From positions 1 through 62,965 of the forward strand of contig JBDRLL010000019.1 in NCBI GenBank assembly GCA_043813075.1: a stretch of DNA of 62,965 bases, written 5' to 3'. The stretch comes from Candidatus Altiarchaeota archaeon (GTDB lineage: Archaea > Altiarchaeota > Altiarchaeia > IMC4 > SCGC-AAA252-I15). Below the pieces are notes generated by a model. It was given only the letters and a program-made list of their open reading frames with translations. It was not told the origin of the DNA and made no database searches. The translations under genes and the position numbers were made by a program. Shown piece by piece: positions 38,528-51,600 of the stretch. Position 1 is the first letter of the stretch. The number at the start of each line of letters is the position of its first letter.

Positions 38528-41500
38528 TTAATCATCTCCTTTTTCCATGATGCTGTCGGTATTTATCACAACTTTTATCTTCCCACCCCTAGATTTCCTC
38601 CTCTTTGACATTAAAAACCCGATTATGAAGAACAGGGCGAATGCCGTTATTATGACCGATCCGACCATCAGGGCGTCATAGTCTGCAGCTGGAATGTAGG
38701 GCCCGCCAGACACTTCTTCCATCGCATCATCCTGCTCGACATGGGGGGTAGCGCATTTTTTGTCCAGCAACTCGACTGATAGCGGACAGTATTCCCCGTC
38801 TGAACACCACATGTCCTGCACGTACCATGTCCCTTCAGGGGTTATCACCCTAGCACTCAGGGTCTTGGACGCGCATCCTTCACTGACTTTTATGTTGAGG
38901 AAGTATATCTCCCCGGACTTGAGTGTGAGAGATGTGTTGAGGACGCTGCCGTTCGCAGAGTAGTCTATCGTGTATGCTAGCGTGTTGAGCATGCTGTCTG
39001 TCACAGTCACGTTCGCGCTGGAGCCGTTAATCACGTGGACTACTTCAACCAGCAGGTCTTCTGACGGTATCAAGACCACACTGTTTATCGCTGTGCCTTT
39101 AACGCACTCCTCTGGAGAGACTCCGGTATAGAAGACCTGCCCGCACTCCTCAGGCAATGTTGTTGTCGTTGATGAGGTTGTGGTGGACGAAGCCTCCAAT
39201 GTAGTCGAAGTCGAAACCACACCCAAAGTAGTCGAAGTCGACGTAGACGTCGAAACCACACCCAAAGTAGTCGTAGACGACGTAGACGTCGAAACCACAC
39301 CCAAAGTAGTCGAAGTCGACGTAGACGTCGAAACCGGGGCATGGGTGGTAGTCGACGCCAATGCTAAAGTCGAAGTAGACGACTCCAGCGTGGTAGCTGA
39401 AACGGACGTCGTCGTAGAGCTAGTTGTCGTGGTCGAAGTGGTCGTCACAGACGTCGTCGAAGCCACCAGAGTCGTGGTGGTATGCGTCGTAGTCGTAGCC
39501 GGGTAGGCTCCAGGACTGTAGCCGAAAACATAGACAGAACCGTCCTCGCTGGAGACCACCGACTCCAAGACGCCATCACCATTGAGGTCTACAACAGCGG
39601 GAGAAGACCTGACCGGCCCCGCAACATCATAATGCCATAACCCTGTGCCATTAACGTCAACGATGAATACCCTGCCGTCATCATCCCCGAAAAACACGTT
39701 GATGCCCTCCCCATCAAGACTTATCGCAGAGGGTGATGAGCGGACCCTACTGCTTGTAGAATACCTTTCAAGCCGGGTGCCGTCGGAATCGAGTATATAG
39801 AGATTATGATCATCACTGCCGAACGAGAACATGAACGAACCATTGCCGTAAGGGTCGAAGACAAGAGGCGAAGAGGATATCGGCTTCCGGGATACAAAAG
39901 CCCACTTTGAAAACAACTTGGATATAGGGATAGACTCCCTCCAGCAACTAGCCCCATCACACTTCATATCACCCTGAACATAACCGCTGATGCCATAATA
40001 AACCTCAGACAAGACACCGGAAGAAGATGCAAACACCAGGTTGGAGCGGCCGAGACTGGTGTTATAAGCAGATGGTGTCGTGTCGACGTCCCCGTTAGTC
40101 TGATACATCCAGTAACGGTATGGCGGCACAGATATGACGTAGATGTTGTTGTCCCCACTACCGAATGCTATTTCATTCACACCGTCACCGTCTATGTCCA
40201 CGAGAGAAAGCGAGGACTTTACTTCCTCCTGCGCAGAATAATTGTACAGCAGCCTGCCGCGCGAGTCAATGAGATAAACGAGTCCGCTGTTAGAGCCGAA
40301 TGCTATCCCGTTCCCATACAACTCCCCCAAGTCCACTGGGAGCGGACTGGACTCTATGCCGCCGGAAGCCTTGAAAGTCCACAAGCCCCTGCCCCTCCAG
40401 TCCAATGCGTGCATCACGCCATCGTCATCGCCAAGATAAACCTCGTGCCTGCCATCACCATCCAGGTCAGCAATCAGGGGGGAGGAGTGGGTTTGGGCGC
40501 CCAATTCAGCAGTCCAATACACCCCACCGTCAGAATGCAGAGCATACAACACACCCTTGGAGGATGCGACTAATACCTCGAAAAGGCCGTCATCACTACC
40601 ATCAATGTCTGCTACTGAGGGGGATGCGTGGATGGGAGAACCTGCGTCAAAAGACCATAAGAGCCCATAATCCATGGGTGAAACGCTCTTCAAGCCAGGG
40701 ACTTCAACCCCATCATCCCTCATTAGCGCATAGTCGGCTAGTGAATACGTGGAGTATGCCTTCATCGTGCATGACCACAAGTCATGGGCAGTACCAGCGT
40801 AACCCTCTTTCGTCAGACAACTCCATTCAACAGTCGCGTTTGAGAACGGGAGGGACTCGTTATATTGGATGTCACACCCCCATGTGAGGTTGAAGTCGGC
40901 CTTAGAGTAGACTTCACCGGCAGAAAGACCGCCAATCCTCTGCAAGACGTTAGGGTATCTCTTGACGAATTCGCTGTAATCCACGACACCACACGACAGG
41001 TTGACGTTACGATGGTATCCGGTCAGCTCAGAGAAGCCAGTGCAGTTGAATAAAGGCCTGGTCTCCGCGGGCGACACGCCATCCTTCATCAATTCAGACA
41101 GGAATCTGACGGAACTGACATTCGTGACATCAGACACAGGAATACACTGCCATGATACCCGGTGATTACCCTTTTCGAAAGAGTCTATAGCGTCAGTGGA
41201 GCCTGAACGCTCGACGTCGTGACGGTACATGGGCCAGTCATCCCTAACCCATAAAACACGGACCATCCTATTGTTTTCAGAGTCCTTCTCCTGTATGTCC
41301 TCCATCGTTCCCGCGGAAGCCTCCATCACATGCCTTCCGGCGGGGAGGGATACGTTAAACATCACATGTGATGCTATGTTAGGTTTTAGTGTGGCCCTCT
41401 TTGAGAAGACGGGCTTGCCATCGATTTTGATTGAAACATTCACTGAATTCAGGACTAGATTGCCCTTGTTGACCACAGTCACGTTAAGCCTGGTTGTCCT

Positions 41501-42607
41501 CCCAGGCATCATATATTCCCTGTCAGACAACACGCTTTCCAGTATGATGTCGTTCGAGCCGCCATAAACGTTAAGCTTCCCGTCTGTAGCGGGGAGTATC
41601 ATGTTCCCAGACAGGAATATTGGGGGGGTCCGGAGGAACCCTGTGGTATTGTACGTCATCTCCAGACTACCGTCTTCAGGATTCAAGACGAGGAGCTGGT
41701 TATTGTAGGGCGCATAAAGCAGGCCCCTGTATAGGACAGCGTCTGAGTTGAAGAATCCTCCAGCGGAATAGTTCCACATTAGGTTGCCTTCACGGTCAAT
41801 GCCGTAGAATGAGCCGTCCATTGATCCGAAGAAGACGCCGTTCCTAGAGACTACGGGCTTTGACATTATAGCACTTTTTGCAGTGTAGTTCCAGTACTGC
41901 TGTCCGGTCTCCCAGTCTATGGCGTAAAGCCGCCCCACGTTAGAGCCCACATACACGATGTTGTCGTACTTGAATGGGGAGGAGGATATGGATCCTAACG
42001 CGGAATAGTTCCAAAGTTGAGATCCGTCAGAAGCCTTTAGGGAGTACAGGTGCGAGTCGAACGACGATGCATATAGGATGTCCTGGTATAGCAGTAGTGT
42101 TGATTTTATCGCCCCGCCCGTCTTAATCCTCCAGATTATCTTCCCGTTTGACGGGTTGATTGAGTATATGCTGCCCTTATCATCGCCCACATAGTATCTG
42201 TCGTCGGACGATGCGGGATTCGAGTTTATCGGCGCATCAACCACCTGGCTCCATAATCGTTCTCCGCTCGACTTGTTGAAGCCGTAGACGATGCTGTTCA
42301 AGCATCCTAGAACAAGGTATTCCCTAGATACTGCAGGATTGTTGCATTTGCTCGGTAGCTTGGATTCCCATAGCACCGTAAAGGTTGACGCATTCATACA
42401 GTAGACCGTGCCTATGTCGGAGGTGAAGTAGAGTTCGCCACCATCCAATAGTGGCTTTGCGCTGATGCTTGAGGAAGCCCTGAAAAACCAGCTGACGTCA
42501 GCAGTCTCGGTTGAAGACGCTGTATTTGATAGTAGGAGTATTAGGGAAAAGATAAAAAAATAGGGTTTATGATGGCGTCTGACAGCGAGCATGATGGAAC
42601 ACACCAT
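38528..42607 (-). CDS. Membrane-anchored PQQ-like propeller + CARDB + FG-GAP propeller + Thr-rich stalk protein
   Basis: Same architecture as 33514-36906, plus a long S/T stalk, a Cys-containing domain, TM ALMVGSVIITAFALFFIIGFL and KRRK. Confidence 0.85.
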   Translation of the reverse strand: MVCSIMLAVRRHHKPYFFIFSLILLLSNTASSTETADVSWFFRASSSISAKPLLDGGELYFTSDIGTVYCMNASTFTVLWESKLPSKCNNPAVSREYLVLGCLNSIVYGFNKSSGERLWSQVVDAPINSNPASSDDRYYVGDDKGSIYSINPSNGKIIWRIKTGGAIKSTLLLYQDILYASSFDSHLYSLKASDGSQLWNYSALGSISSSPFKYDNIVYVGSNVGRLYAIDWETGQQYWNYTAKSAIMSKPVVSRNGVFFGSMDGSFYGIDREGNLMWNYSAGGFFNSDAVLYRGLLYAPYNNQLLVLNPEDGSLEMTYNTTGFLRTPPIFLSGNMILPATDGKLNVYGGSNDIILESVLSDREYMMPGRTTRLNVTVVNKGNLVLNSVNVSIKIDGKPVFSKRATLKPNIASHVMFNVSLPAGRHVMEASAGTMEDIQEKDSENNRMVRVLWVRDDWPMYRHDVERSGSTDAIDSFEKGNHRVSWQCIPVSDVTNVSSVRFLSELMKDGVSPAETRPLFNCTGFSELTGYHRNVNLSCGVVDYSEFVKRYPNVLQRIGGLSAGEVYSKADFNLTWGCDIQYNESLPFSNATVEWSCLTKEGYAGTAHDLWSCTMKAYSTYSLADYALMRDDGVEVPGLKSVSPMDYGLLWSFDAGSPIHASPSVADIDGSDDGLFEVLVASSKGVLYALHSDGGVYWTAELGAQTHSSPLIADLDGDGRHEVYLGDDDGVMHALDWRGRGLWTFKASGGIESSPLPVDLGELYGNGIAFGSNSGLVYLIDSRGRLLYNYSAQEEVKSSLSLVDIDGDGVNEIAFGSGDNNIYVISVPPYRYWMYQTNGDVDTTPSAYNTSLGRSNLVFASSSGVLSEVYYGISGYVQGDMKCDGASCWRESIPISKLFSKWAFVSRKPISSSPLVFDPYGNGSFMFSFGSDDHNLYILDSDGTRLERYSTSSRVRSSPSAISLDGEGINVFFGDDDGRVFIVDVNGTGLWHYDVAGPVRSSPAVVDLNGDGVLESVVSSEDGSVYVFGYSPGAYPATTTTHTTTTLVASTTSVTTTSTTTTSSTTTSVSATTLESSTSTLALASTTTHAPVSTSTSTSTTLGVVSTSTSSTTTLGVVSTSTSTSTTLGVVSTSTTLEASSTTTSSTTTTLPEECGQVFYTGVSPEECVKGTAINSVVLIPSEDLLVEVVHVINGSSANVTVTDSMLNTLAYTIDYSANGSVLNTSLTLKSGEIYFLNIKVSEGCASKTLSARVITPEGTWYVQDMWCSDGEYCPLSVELLDKKCATPHVEQDDAMEEVSGGPYIPAADYDALMVGSVIITAFALFFIIGFLMSKRRKSRGGKIKVVINTDSIMEKGDD
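39210..39335. repeat. 39-bp tandem repeat (about 3.2 copies) encoding VSTSTSTSTTLGV
   Basis: Unit GTCGAAACCACACCCAAAGTAGTCGAAGTCGACGTAGAC starting at 39210, 39249, 39288 and 39327 (second copy slightly variant). Confidence 0.9.
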
Positions 42608-42635
42608 CAATTAATGGAGAAAAGGATTAAATAGG

Positions 42636-45600
42636 TTAATCCTTTTTACCACCAACCGTTATCTTAGGCTTCGAATTCGTCTTAGAATTCGGGTTACCTT
42701 TACCGGAGTTCCCTGATTCTGGCTTCTTGCCAGACTCCGAGGCTGCCGCAGCCCCAGCTGCTGGAGTGGCTGCGACAGGAGCATTAGCCTGCCCTGGCTG
42801 TTTGTTCCCTCCTTTAGGCTGTTGCTCGTCCTTGCCTCCGCCGGTCCCTAGACGATACCCCATGTATCCTGCTATCACCATTATCAGCACCAACAGCAGC
42901 CAGCCAGGCAGCTTAACGCCGTCTGACATGAACGCTATGGCCCTGCCGATAAAGCTAGGTGGAGCGGGGGTTGTGTCATCGGTTCCTGTGAACACGTCTT
43001 CCTGCCCATCCTTCCCAGTGCCGTTCGCAGTGTCATAGGGAGTCCCAGACTCGCTACCTGAACCAGACATCGAGGAGGGTAGTGTCGTCGGGATTATCAC
43101 CTGAACTGTTGGCGTCGGGCATACACTGTAGTCAGGGCACGTTAGTACCGTTGAAGTCGTTGCCTTGCCCTTGGGACGTGGCAGACTCGCTGGGACTACT
43201 ATGTGGCCTCCACCGCCGCCAGAAGTTCCTCCACCGCCGCCACCGCCGAGTGTCGTCGTCGTTGAAGTTGACGTGGAAGTTGTGGAACTTGTCGTAGTGG
43301 TCGTCTGATAGCACACGTCCAGCCTGTAGGCTAGTCCCGCGGTGTTGGTGTATGCGGTTGACCCGTCAACACCGAAGTTGACTACTATGAACTCCAGTAT
43401 GTTCGAGCCTTCTGTTATGAAGCCGGATATGTCATATGCAACAGGGCTCTCATAATTGATGTCCTGCGTGCTCGAAGCCAGCAGCACGGAATTCGCGTAT
43501 AGTTCGTATGTGTTGTCTGAAGCCAGAGTCACGTACGCGTAGTTTACCGCGCCCGGGATATCGAATACACGATCGTATTCCACTGCCTCCGAAACCTGCG
43601 GGTTCTGGACAAGCTCGCTCTCCCATATCCATGTGGCGCCGGGTATCATAGTCCATGCTGGATTAACGTATGACGCGACACCAGGCCCGCTGTTGGCTAG
43701 AGTCTGGCCGTCACTGTATATCGTGGCTATTATTCCAGTACATTCTGGTATGCTGACGCAACGGTAGTCGTTCTCGTATACCTGTGGCTCGCAGCTGCTG
43801 CAACCGCATGTCTCACTGCACGATGCTTCGTTGGGATAGTCGTAGTAGTCTGTCCCCTGGCAGCCGTCCGTCTGGCATGCGCAGTCTGAATCCTCATCAC
43901 ATACTGCGTCACACTGGCCTTCAACACAGGAGCTCTCTACTTCCCCCGGCTGCGTGCAGTAGTATCCTCCAAGAGACTCCGCATCATCAACACACTCGCT
44001 AGTGAAGACTGCACGGTAATCCCAGGTGGTGTCTATCCCGTCAGGAGTCCATGAGCACGAGGCGATCTCGTCTGAGTTATATGCTGAACAGTCCACTAGA
44101 GTATTTGTGCATGAGTAGGGTCCTATCGCACACACGTCGATTGTGCATCCATTAGCATCATCGCACACCGCGTCGGTCTGGCAGCAGACTGCGTCTCCGG
44201 GGCCTGCCTCCCCCTCACAGTCTGGGTCGGCGCAGTCGACTAGGCCGTCTCCGTCGTTGTCTAGCGTGTCTGCGCAGCTTGGGCCGCCTTCTTCATCGCA
44301 CGCGTCTCCGATGCCGTCGCCATCCGAGTCTGCCTGACTGGGGTTGTATGTGTCCGGGCAGTTGTCGCACGCGTCTCCAACACAGCACGAGTCCTGACCG
44401 GGGTTGTATACTCCGTCGGCATCGCGGTCGTAGCAGCATGCGTATACCTCAACATCCATCGGACCGACGTTGTCGCCGTAGTATGTGTCTAACACGCTGA
44501 ATGTAAGTTCGCTGTCTGAACCGAACACCATCTCGTAGTAGGCGTGGGCTGAATTGTATCCGCCCCAGTTAATGTTATTACCGTTGACTAGTATGTCTAG
44601 AGCGTGTTCCTGGCCTGACTGGAAAACGTCCTCGCCTTTCCTCCATCCTGGCCCGAAGCTGCTTACCGGCCTGTCAGAGTATTCTGCATCAGCCTGCATC
44701 TCGCCTGAACCCATGTAGGTGTATGTTCCCATCGGCTTTAGTAGGTAGGATGTGCCAAGGTACGTGTATGGTCCGGTCGTCTGAGCGTCTGTTGACACGT
44801 CAACAGGTACTGTCGTTATCAGCTCTAGATCCACTGATTCTGTGCCCACTGCAGGGCAGGAAGGCATCTGGCAGAGTAGTTTGCCGAACGCATCTTCTGC
44901 TGTGAAGCAGCTTCCTGTGTCATCGCAGTCTGACATCCCGTCGCAGTCGTTGTCTAGCGCGTCATCGCAGACTTCTGTCTCTGCTTCTCCGGGAGTACAA
45001 CTGTCCACTTCACTGCCTTCAACACATTCTAGTGTCCCTGTTGAAGAGCATATGCCAAGCCCGCACGTAGTCTCTGAAGCTATGTAGCCGTCGTCGGCAG
45101 TCCCGTCACAGTCCTCGTCAAGTCCATTGCAGTTCTCGTCCGCCCCGCTCGGGCTTCCGGGAGTGCATGTGTCCACTTCACTGCCTTCAACGCATTCTAG
45201 AGTTCCCGCTGACTGGCAGACACCCTGGCCGCATGATGTTGCAGTCGGAAGGTAGTGTTCGTCTGATGTCCCATCGCAGTCCTCGTCAATGCTGTTGCAG
45301 TCGTCGTCTGCTCCTGTCGGGCTTCCTGGCACTGCATCGCATTCTACGCCGGCACCATCTAGGGTACATACGTAGTTGCCTGTGTTCTCGCAGACGCCTT
45401 GTCCGACAGTGCATTCTCCGCCGATGTCGAATATCTCGTCAGTCTCGTCGTCGCAGTCGTCGTCTATGCCGTTACATAGTTCGGACGCTCCCGGGTGTAT
45501 GTCGGGGTTGCTGTCATCGCAGTCTGCACCCCCGCATGACTCATCCAGGAATCCGTCGCCATCATCGTCAGGACATGATTCACAGACGTATCCGCCGACT

Positions 45601-48600
45601 CCGTCGACGTCGTAGCCGTCTGCTCCTGAACCGAAGTCGGCTGGGTCTGATATGTCCACTATCTTCAGGTACTTGAACCAGTCTATGGCCCCGTTCATGT
45701 CGAATTCGCTGTCTAGGCATCCTTGCCCTATGAACGTCCATGAGCCGTCTGCACCAGTCTTTGACGCGTACACGTTAATAGTCTCCGGGTTGGATGTGCA
45801 CGACGGGCTTCCGTAGCTTGTCTCTATTATCTGGAAGTCCATTCCAGCGTCATCCACCACTATCCCATCGAATTCAAGCACTAGTTCCCCTCCGAATCCG
45901 AGTGACACGAAGTTGAGTGTGTCGTCGTTCTCAGGCATTCCTAGCGCGTTCGTCGGATCCTTACGGTCTGTGCTGATCGGGTCGACTGGAGTGTAGTCCA
46001 CGACTGATGTCGCGAAGCACTGGGCGCACACTATTCCCTCGTCAATATGGCCGTCACAGTTGTCGTCCACTCCATTGCAGACTTCGGTCGCGCCAGGGTG
46101 CACGTCAACATTAGCGTCATCACAGTCGTCCTTACTGCCTTCACAGGAGTCTGGCGTACTGTAGCCGTCGCCGTCCACGTCAAAAGTCAATCCCTCGTCA
46201 ACACCGTCAACACAGTTGTCGTCCACTCCATTGCAGACTTCGGTCGCGCCAGGGTGCACGTCAACATTAGCGTCATCACAGTCGTCTCCGCCGCATAATG
46301 CGTCAGCGAATCCGTCGCCGTCGCCGTCCAGGCATGCAACACATGATAGTCCCGCGATGCCGTCCACATCGAAGCCGTCCTGTACGGATGATTGATCTGG
46401 GAACTCGCCCACGTCTGTTGTATCCACTATCTTCACGTACTTGGCCCAGTTTAGCGGGCCTATGTTGAATGACTCGTCAAGGCATCCTGTGCCGAGGTCC
46501 TCCCATGTCCCGTCGTCGCCGGTCTTGGATGCGTACACGTGCACTCTCTCCGGGAACTCGGAGCATGATTTGCCCCCGTAGGTTGTCTCAACCAGGTTGA
46601 AGTCGTTTCCAGCCTGATTCACGATCACTTCATCGAATTCCACTATCAGCGTTCCCCCGATGCCCAGTGACACGAAGTTTAGCGTGTCGTCGTTCTCAGG
46701 CATTCCCAGAGCCTTTGAAGCGTCCGCCCTCTCTGGTGGCACTGGAGTGCCGTCACTCCTTAGTTCTGGGGAGTATTCAACGACATCGTCGGCAAAACAC
46801 TCTGCAGGGTATAGTGTGGTTGTTGTTGAACTGGTCGTGGTAGTGCTGGTCGAAGTGCTTGTTGTGGTGGTGCTGGTGGTCGTCGTGGTTGACGTCGACA
46901 CTGTCGTGGACGTGGTGGTGGTCACACCGCACGAGTCCACGCACTGTCCGCTTGGGTCTGCCCAGTCGTCGGGAGAGTCGCAGCATGCCGCAGCGATACC
47001 GTCGCAGCTCCTGTCGTTCTCAGGCCCTGCGTAGTATTCGAAGGAGTCGTCTCCGCAGCACATTGTCGCGCCTCCTGGCGGGAATCCTGTGCTGTCACCG
47101 TCGCCGCCGACGTTCCAGTATCCGTGGCCTCCGTCACAGCAGTCTTCTCTTCCAGCGCAAGCGTAGTTCTCGCACTCTGTCTGGCTCCAGTCATCGTCTT
47201 CCTCATCTACGTCACAGTGGTTGTCGCCGTTGTACAGCGTCGTGGTGGTTGAAGAGGATGTTGTAGTTGACGAGCTGGTGGTGCTCGTGCTGGTCGTAGT
47301 CGAAGCGAGTGTTGTGGTTGTGGTGCTCGTGCTGGTCGTAGTCGACGTCGATGTCGTTGATGTTGTCGTGGATGTTGACACTGTCGTTGATGTTGTGGTG
47401 GTCGCCATCAACTGTAACTTGCAGCAGCGTGCGTAACATTCTGACAAGGCTCCTGGAGCGTCGTCGAAGTCTTCCATGCACCTCCATCCGTTGTCGTACG
47501 GCAGGCTGCCGTCCTGGTCGTCTCCGCTTGCTGAAGTGTCAGTGAATCCTCCGCCGGTTATGAAGTATCCGCTGGGGCAGTTAACATGCAGGTCTGCTGA
47601 CTCGCTCCTCTGCACCATCACCATGGCTAGAGCGTCCTCACCGCTTGCCCCTAGCATCGCCAGCTCGGCTGGCGCTACGGTATCGCCTATCAGTTCTTTC
47701 CCGACCAGTTCCTGCGGGAACATCGAGTCATACTCTGTGGTACAGACTAGGCTGTATGAGGCGTCGTTGGACCTGCCGCATATGGCGTAGCACTCTGAAT
47801 TTGAGGTGGACTTGTCGTCATAGCAGAACCATCCGTTCTCCCCGACAGGCCTTATCGAGTCTTCGTCGCGGTATATGCCCGTAAGGTCTGAATCCTCGTA
47901 TCCGCCGCCCAGTATCGTATAGGTTTCAGGGCATGTTGCTGTCAGCCCGTCCTGTAGTCTACCGGACTGGGTTATTATCGTGGTGTCTATGTAGTTGCTG
48001 TCACAGCATACTGCGTAACACTCTGCGTTTGCCCTTGAGTTGGACTTGCACGTCCATCCTTCACTGTATGGCCGGGAGTAGTCGTTGTTCTCAAGGTATA
48101 TGCCCCATCCACCGCCTACTACAACATGGTTTGCGGGGCAGTCAACGTTTATCTCCACTGGAGAGCCTGATTTCTGCGCGCTCTTGGTCACTATCACACA
48201 CTGTCCGCCAGGCAGAGGTATTGTTGACGTGGTCACTATGGTCGTCGTTGAAGTGGTGGTTGAAGACGTTGTGGTGGTGGTTGAAGATGATGTAGTCGTT
48301 GTCGTCGGCATGCATGCTGGCGTTGAATCGCAGTCCGGGTCATCACAGTCTGTCAGCCCGTCGCCGTCGTTGTCGACCTGGTCGCTGCATGATGCTGTGT
48401 CTCCCTCAGTATCGCACGCGTCCCCGATGCTGTCGCCGTCGGCGTCGGCGACCATAGACAGCCATGTGCCGCTCTCATGGTATTGTCCGCCGGCGTGGAA
48501 TGTGTCGTCAGTATTTGAGTTGGTTTCTGTTATGTCCACCTTTATCCTCGGGCACCGGGTTTTGTAGCATAATTCTATTGTGCCGAAGTCGTTGTAGTCT

Positions 48601-51600
48601 CCGCTAGCCAGGTAGAAGTCGAAGTCTGCTTCATCATGGGTCCAGTAGACTTCATCGTTCGCGGCGCCGACGTATATGCCGTCGCCCTGGTTGTCTATCC
48701 CATCCTGACCCAAGTCCCTGCGGTCGTCGAGGTTGACGAGGGTGAATCCCTCGGTAGTCACCCGGCCGTATGACTTGTGGTTCCCGTCCGGGACGAGTAT
48801 GTCCATGTATCCTTCACGCCTTGACAGGGTGAATACACCAGCATCTGAAGCTATTCCCTCTGATATTAGGTCTGGAAGCTGCAGGCACGTTGGTGCTAGA
48901 GTCGTTGAGGACGTAGTGTCTGTTGTTGTAGTTGACGTCGTAGTGGTCGAAGTCGTGGTTGAGGTTGTGGTCGTCGTGGTGGTTGTGGTCGTCTGGCATT
49001 GGGGTTCGTCCATGTCGACCAGTCCGTCGCAGTCGTCGTCAATCTGGTTGTCGCAGACTTCGGTTGCACCAGGGTTCACTGCCGCATTCTCGTCGTCGCA
49101 GTCTCCGTCGCCGTTCGGGCATGTTGCCGGTGTCCCCACAATCGTCATGCCTGCGTCGCAGTAGTTATCGTCATCATCATCACAACCCTCGTCGATTCCA
49201 GCAGCACAGTTGTTGTCTAAACCGTCACAGATTTCCTCTGCAGCAGGGTTGACTGCCGCGTTCCCGTCGTCGCAGTCGCCGCCTCCGTTCGGGCATGCGG
49301 CAGGTGTTCCAACAATGCCCATGCCTGCATCGCAGTAGTCGTCGCCGTCATCATCACAGCCCTCGTCCACCTGTCCGTTGTAGTTGTTGTCCTGGCCGTC
49401 GCATATCTCGTCTCCAGGGTCTACTAGTCCTTCATCGTCCAGCCTTGGATTGTAGGTCTGCGGGTTGTTGGGGTCGTTGTAGCAGCCCGGATCCTGGTCG
49501 TCTATGAGGCCGTCGCCGGGGTTTTCATTGTCTACTCCGTCAGTACATTCTGTCGGGCAGGCTTGCACTGCGTCTAGCTCGTAGTCGTCGCCTGTCGGGT
49601 ATATCCTCACGTACTGGAAGGGTGTTGTGCTGTAGTATTCCTTTACTCCGTCGTGTACTTTCACGCTGTTGATGTTGTCGTAGTACAACGCGATTTGCGT
49701 GGGGGTTGTGTATGTTGTCCCGTCTGAGCTGACTTTAACGATGTATTCGTTGAATTCAGCGGGGTATGGGCCGTGGTCCTGGCTCGGGTATACCCTGACT
49801 ATCTTGGTTTCCTGGCCTAGGTCCCACTGCACGTATTGAGTTCCTCCGTTCACCCACACCCAGTACCAGTCCAGAGAGTCTCCCCTGCTGTATTCAGCAG
49901 TGTCTGTGATAACATAGTGCTCTGGCGTGTTGTCGTAGTTCATTCCGTTGAGGAATGTTGATGTTGCGTGGGTTACGGTACCGAAGTTGCCGTCGCATTC
50001 AGGCATCTGCGGCAGATACATTGGAGGTAGAGTATTTGACTCGTCGGTGTCTGACGGCGAGCTGCATCCTGGGTCGCCGTATGTGGCTCTTGAATCGTAG
50101 TCTGCCATGCCGTCACCGTCGTTGTCTATTCCGTCGTTACATTGCGCTATACAATCTTGGACGTCATCCTGGTCGATTAGCGTGTCGCAGTCGTCGTCAA
50201 CCTGGTTGTCGCATATCTCGGTTGCGCCTGGGTTCACTGCAGCATTCTCGTCGTCGCAGTCGCCATCGCCGTTCGGGCATGTTGCCGGTGTCCCCACAAT
50301 CGTCATGCCTGCGTCGCAGTAGTTATCGTCATCATCATCACAACCCTCGTCGATTACGCCGTCGCAGTCATTGTCTATGCCATCGCAGACCTCCTGCGCT
50401 CCAGGGAATACTTCAGGGTCTGTGTCGTCGCAGTCTGTGCCGTCCTCAACGTATCCATCCGGTTGTGAGTATTCGTCTACGTAGTCTGTTGGGTCACCGT
50501 ATTGGTCGCCGTCTGCGTCCCTGTAGTACCTGTGTGTCGTACACTGTTCTGTGCACCCGCCTTGAACGCTTTGGTCGCTCCATGACATGGTTGTGTCGCA
50601 GCGGTTGTTGTCTCCGGTGTTTGAGGCCCCGTTCCTGATGTCGTAGAAGGCCATGTTGACTTCGTTGTTGAAGCAGAACTGGTTGCCCATTACCTGGTTG
50701 TTGTTTGATGTCGAATCTGTCCTGAATCCGTCGTTGCTTGCTCGTGTGACGGTGTTCTCGTGCACCTGGTTGCCGTCTGAATTATAAAGGAGCTCTATCC
50801 CCCTTCCAGCCCTGTCGATGTTGTTTGAATGTATCTGGTTGTTTGATGAGCCATAGAGATAGATTGCGTCTGTGTTCCTTCCAACAGCATTTAGGATTAT
50901 GTGGTTTGATCCTGAATACTTGAGGTATATGCCTATCTGGTTGTTCCAGAGGTTGTTGTCTTGGACTGTGTTCTGGGTGCCGGACTCAATCCATATCGCT
51001 GGTCCAAGCCCTGTTATTTCACAGTTTTGGATTGTGTTGCCTGACTTTCCGACAATTGATATCCCCCTTATGCCGAGGTTGAGTGATGAGAAATCCGATT
51101 GTATCATGTGGTCCTGGCAGTCCAATATCTTGTTGTTGAAGCCTGCGGGGTTGTCTACGCAGATGTTTTTTGCGTGCCAGTCGTAGATTATGTCTTCTGT
51201 CAGAAGGACCTTGTTGTAGCAGTTTACATTATCATTAAGAGCCCTTTCAAGGCATGTGCAGTCGCCTGGTGACTCACATATTCCGCCACCCATGATGTCG
51301 TAGCATGTGCAGTCGTCGAGGTCTTCCTGGTCTATGAGGCCGTCGCAGTCGTCGTCGACGCCGTTATCGCAGATCTCTGTTGCGCCAGGGTTTGTCCCTG
51401 GAAGACCGTCGTCGCAGTCGCCGCCGCCGTTCGGGCAGGTCTGTGGTGCAGCTGTGAATATCATGTCTGCGTCGCAGTAGTCGTCGTTATCGTCGTCGCA
51501 GCCCTCGTCGGTCTGGCCGTCGCAGTCGTCATCTTTGTCGTTGCATTTTTCGATGGCGCCTGGCTGGACTGTCGGGTCATTGTCGTCGCAGTCGTCGCAG

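Noticed and set aside
39210-39335. Possible CRISPR array
   Set aside because: Contiguous in-frame 39-bp coding repeats without unique spacers; no cas genes
46055-50355. Diversity-generating retroelement TR/VR pair
   Set aside because: Repeats are identical or differ mostly at synonymous sites, not adenine-specifically; no reverse transcriptase in the window
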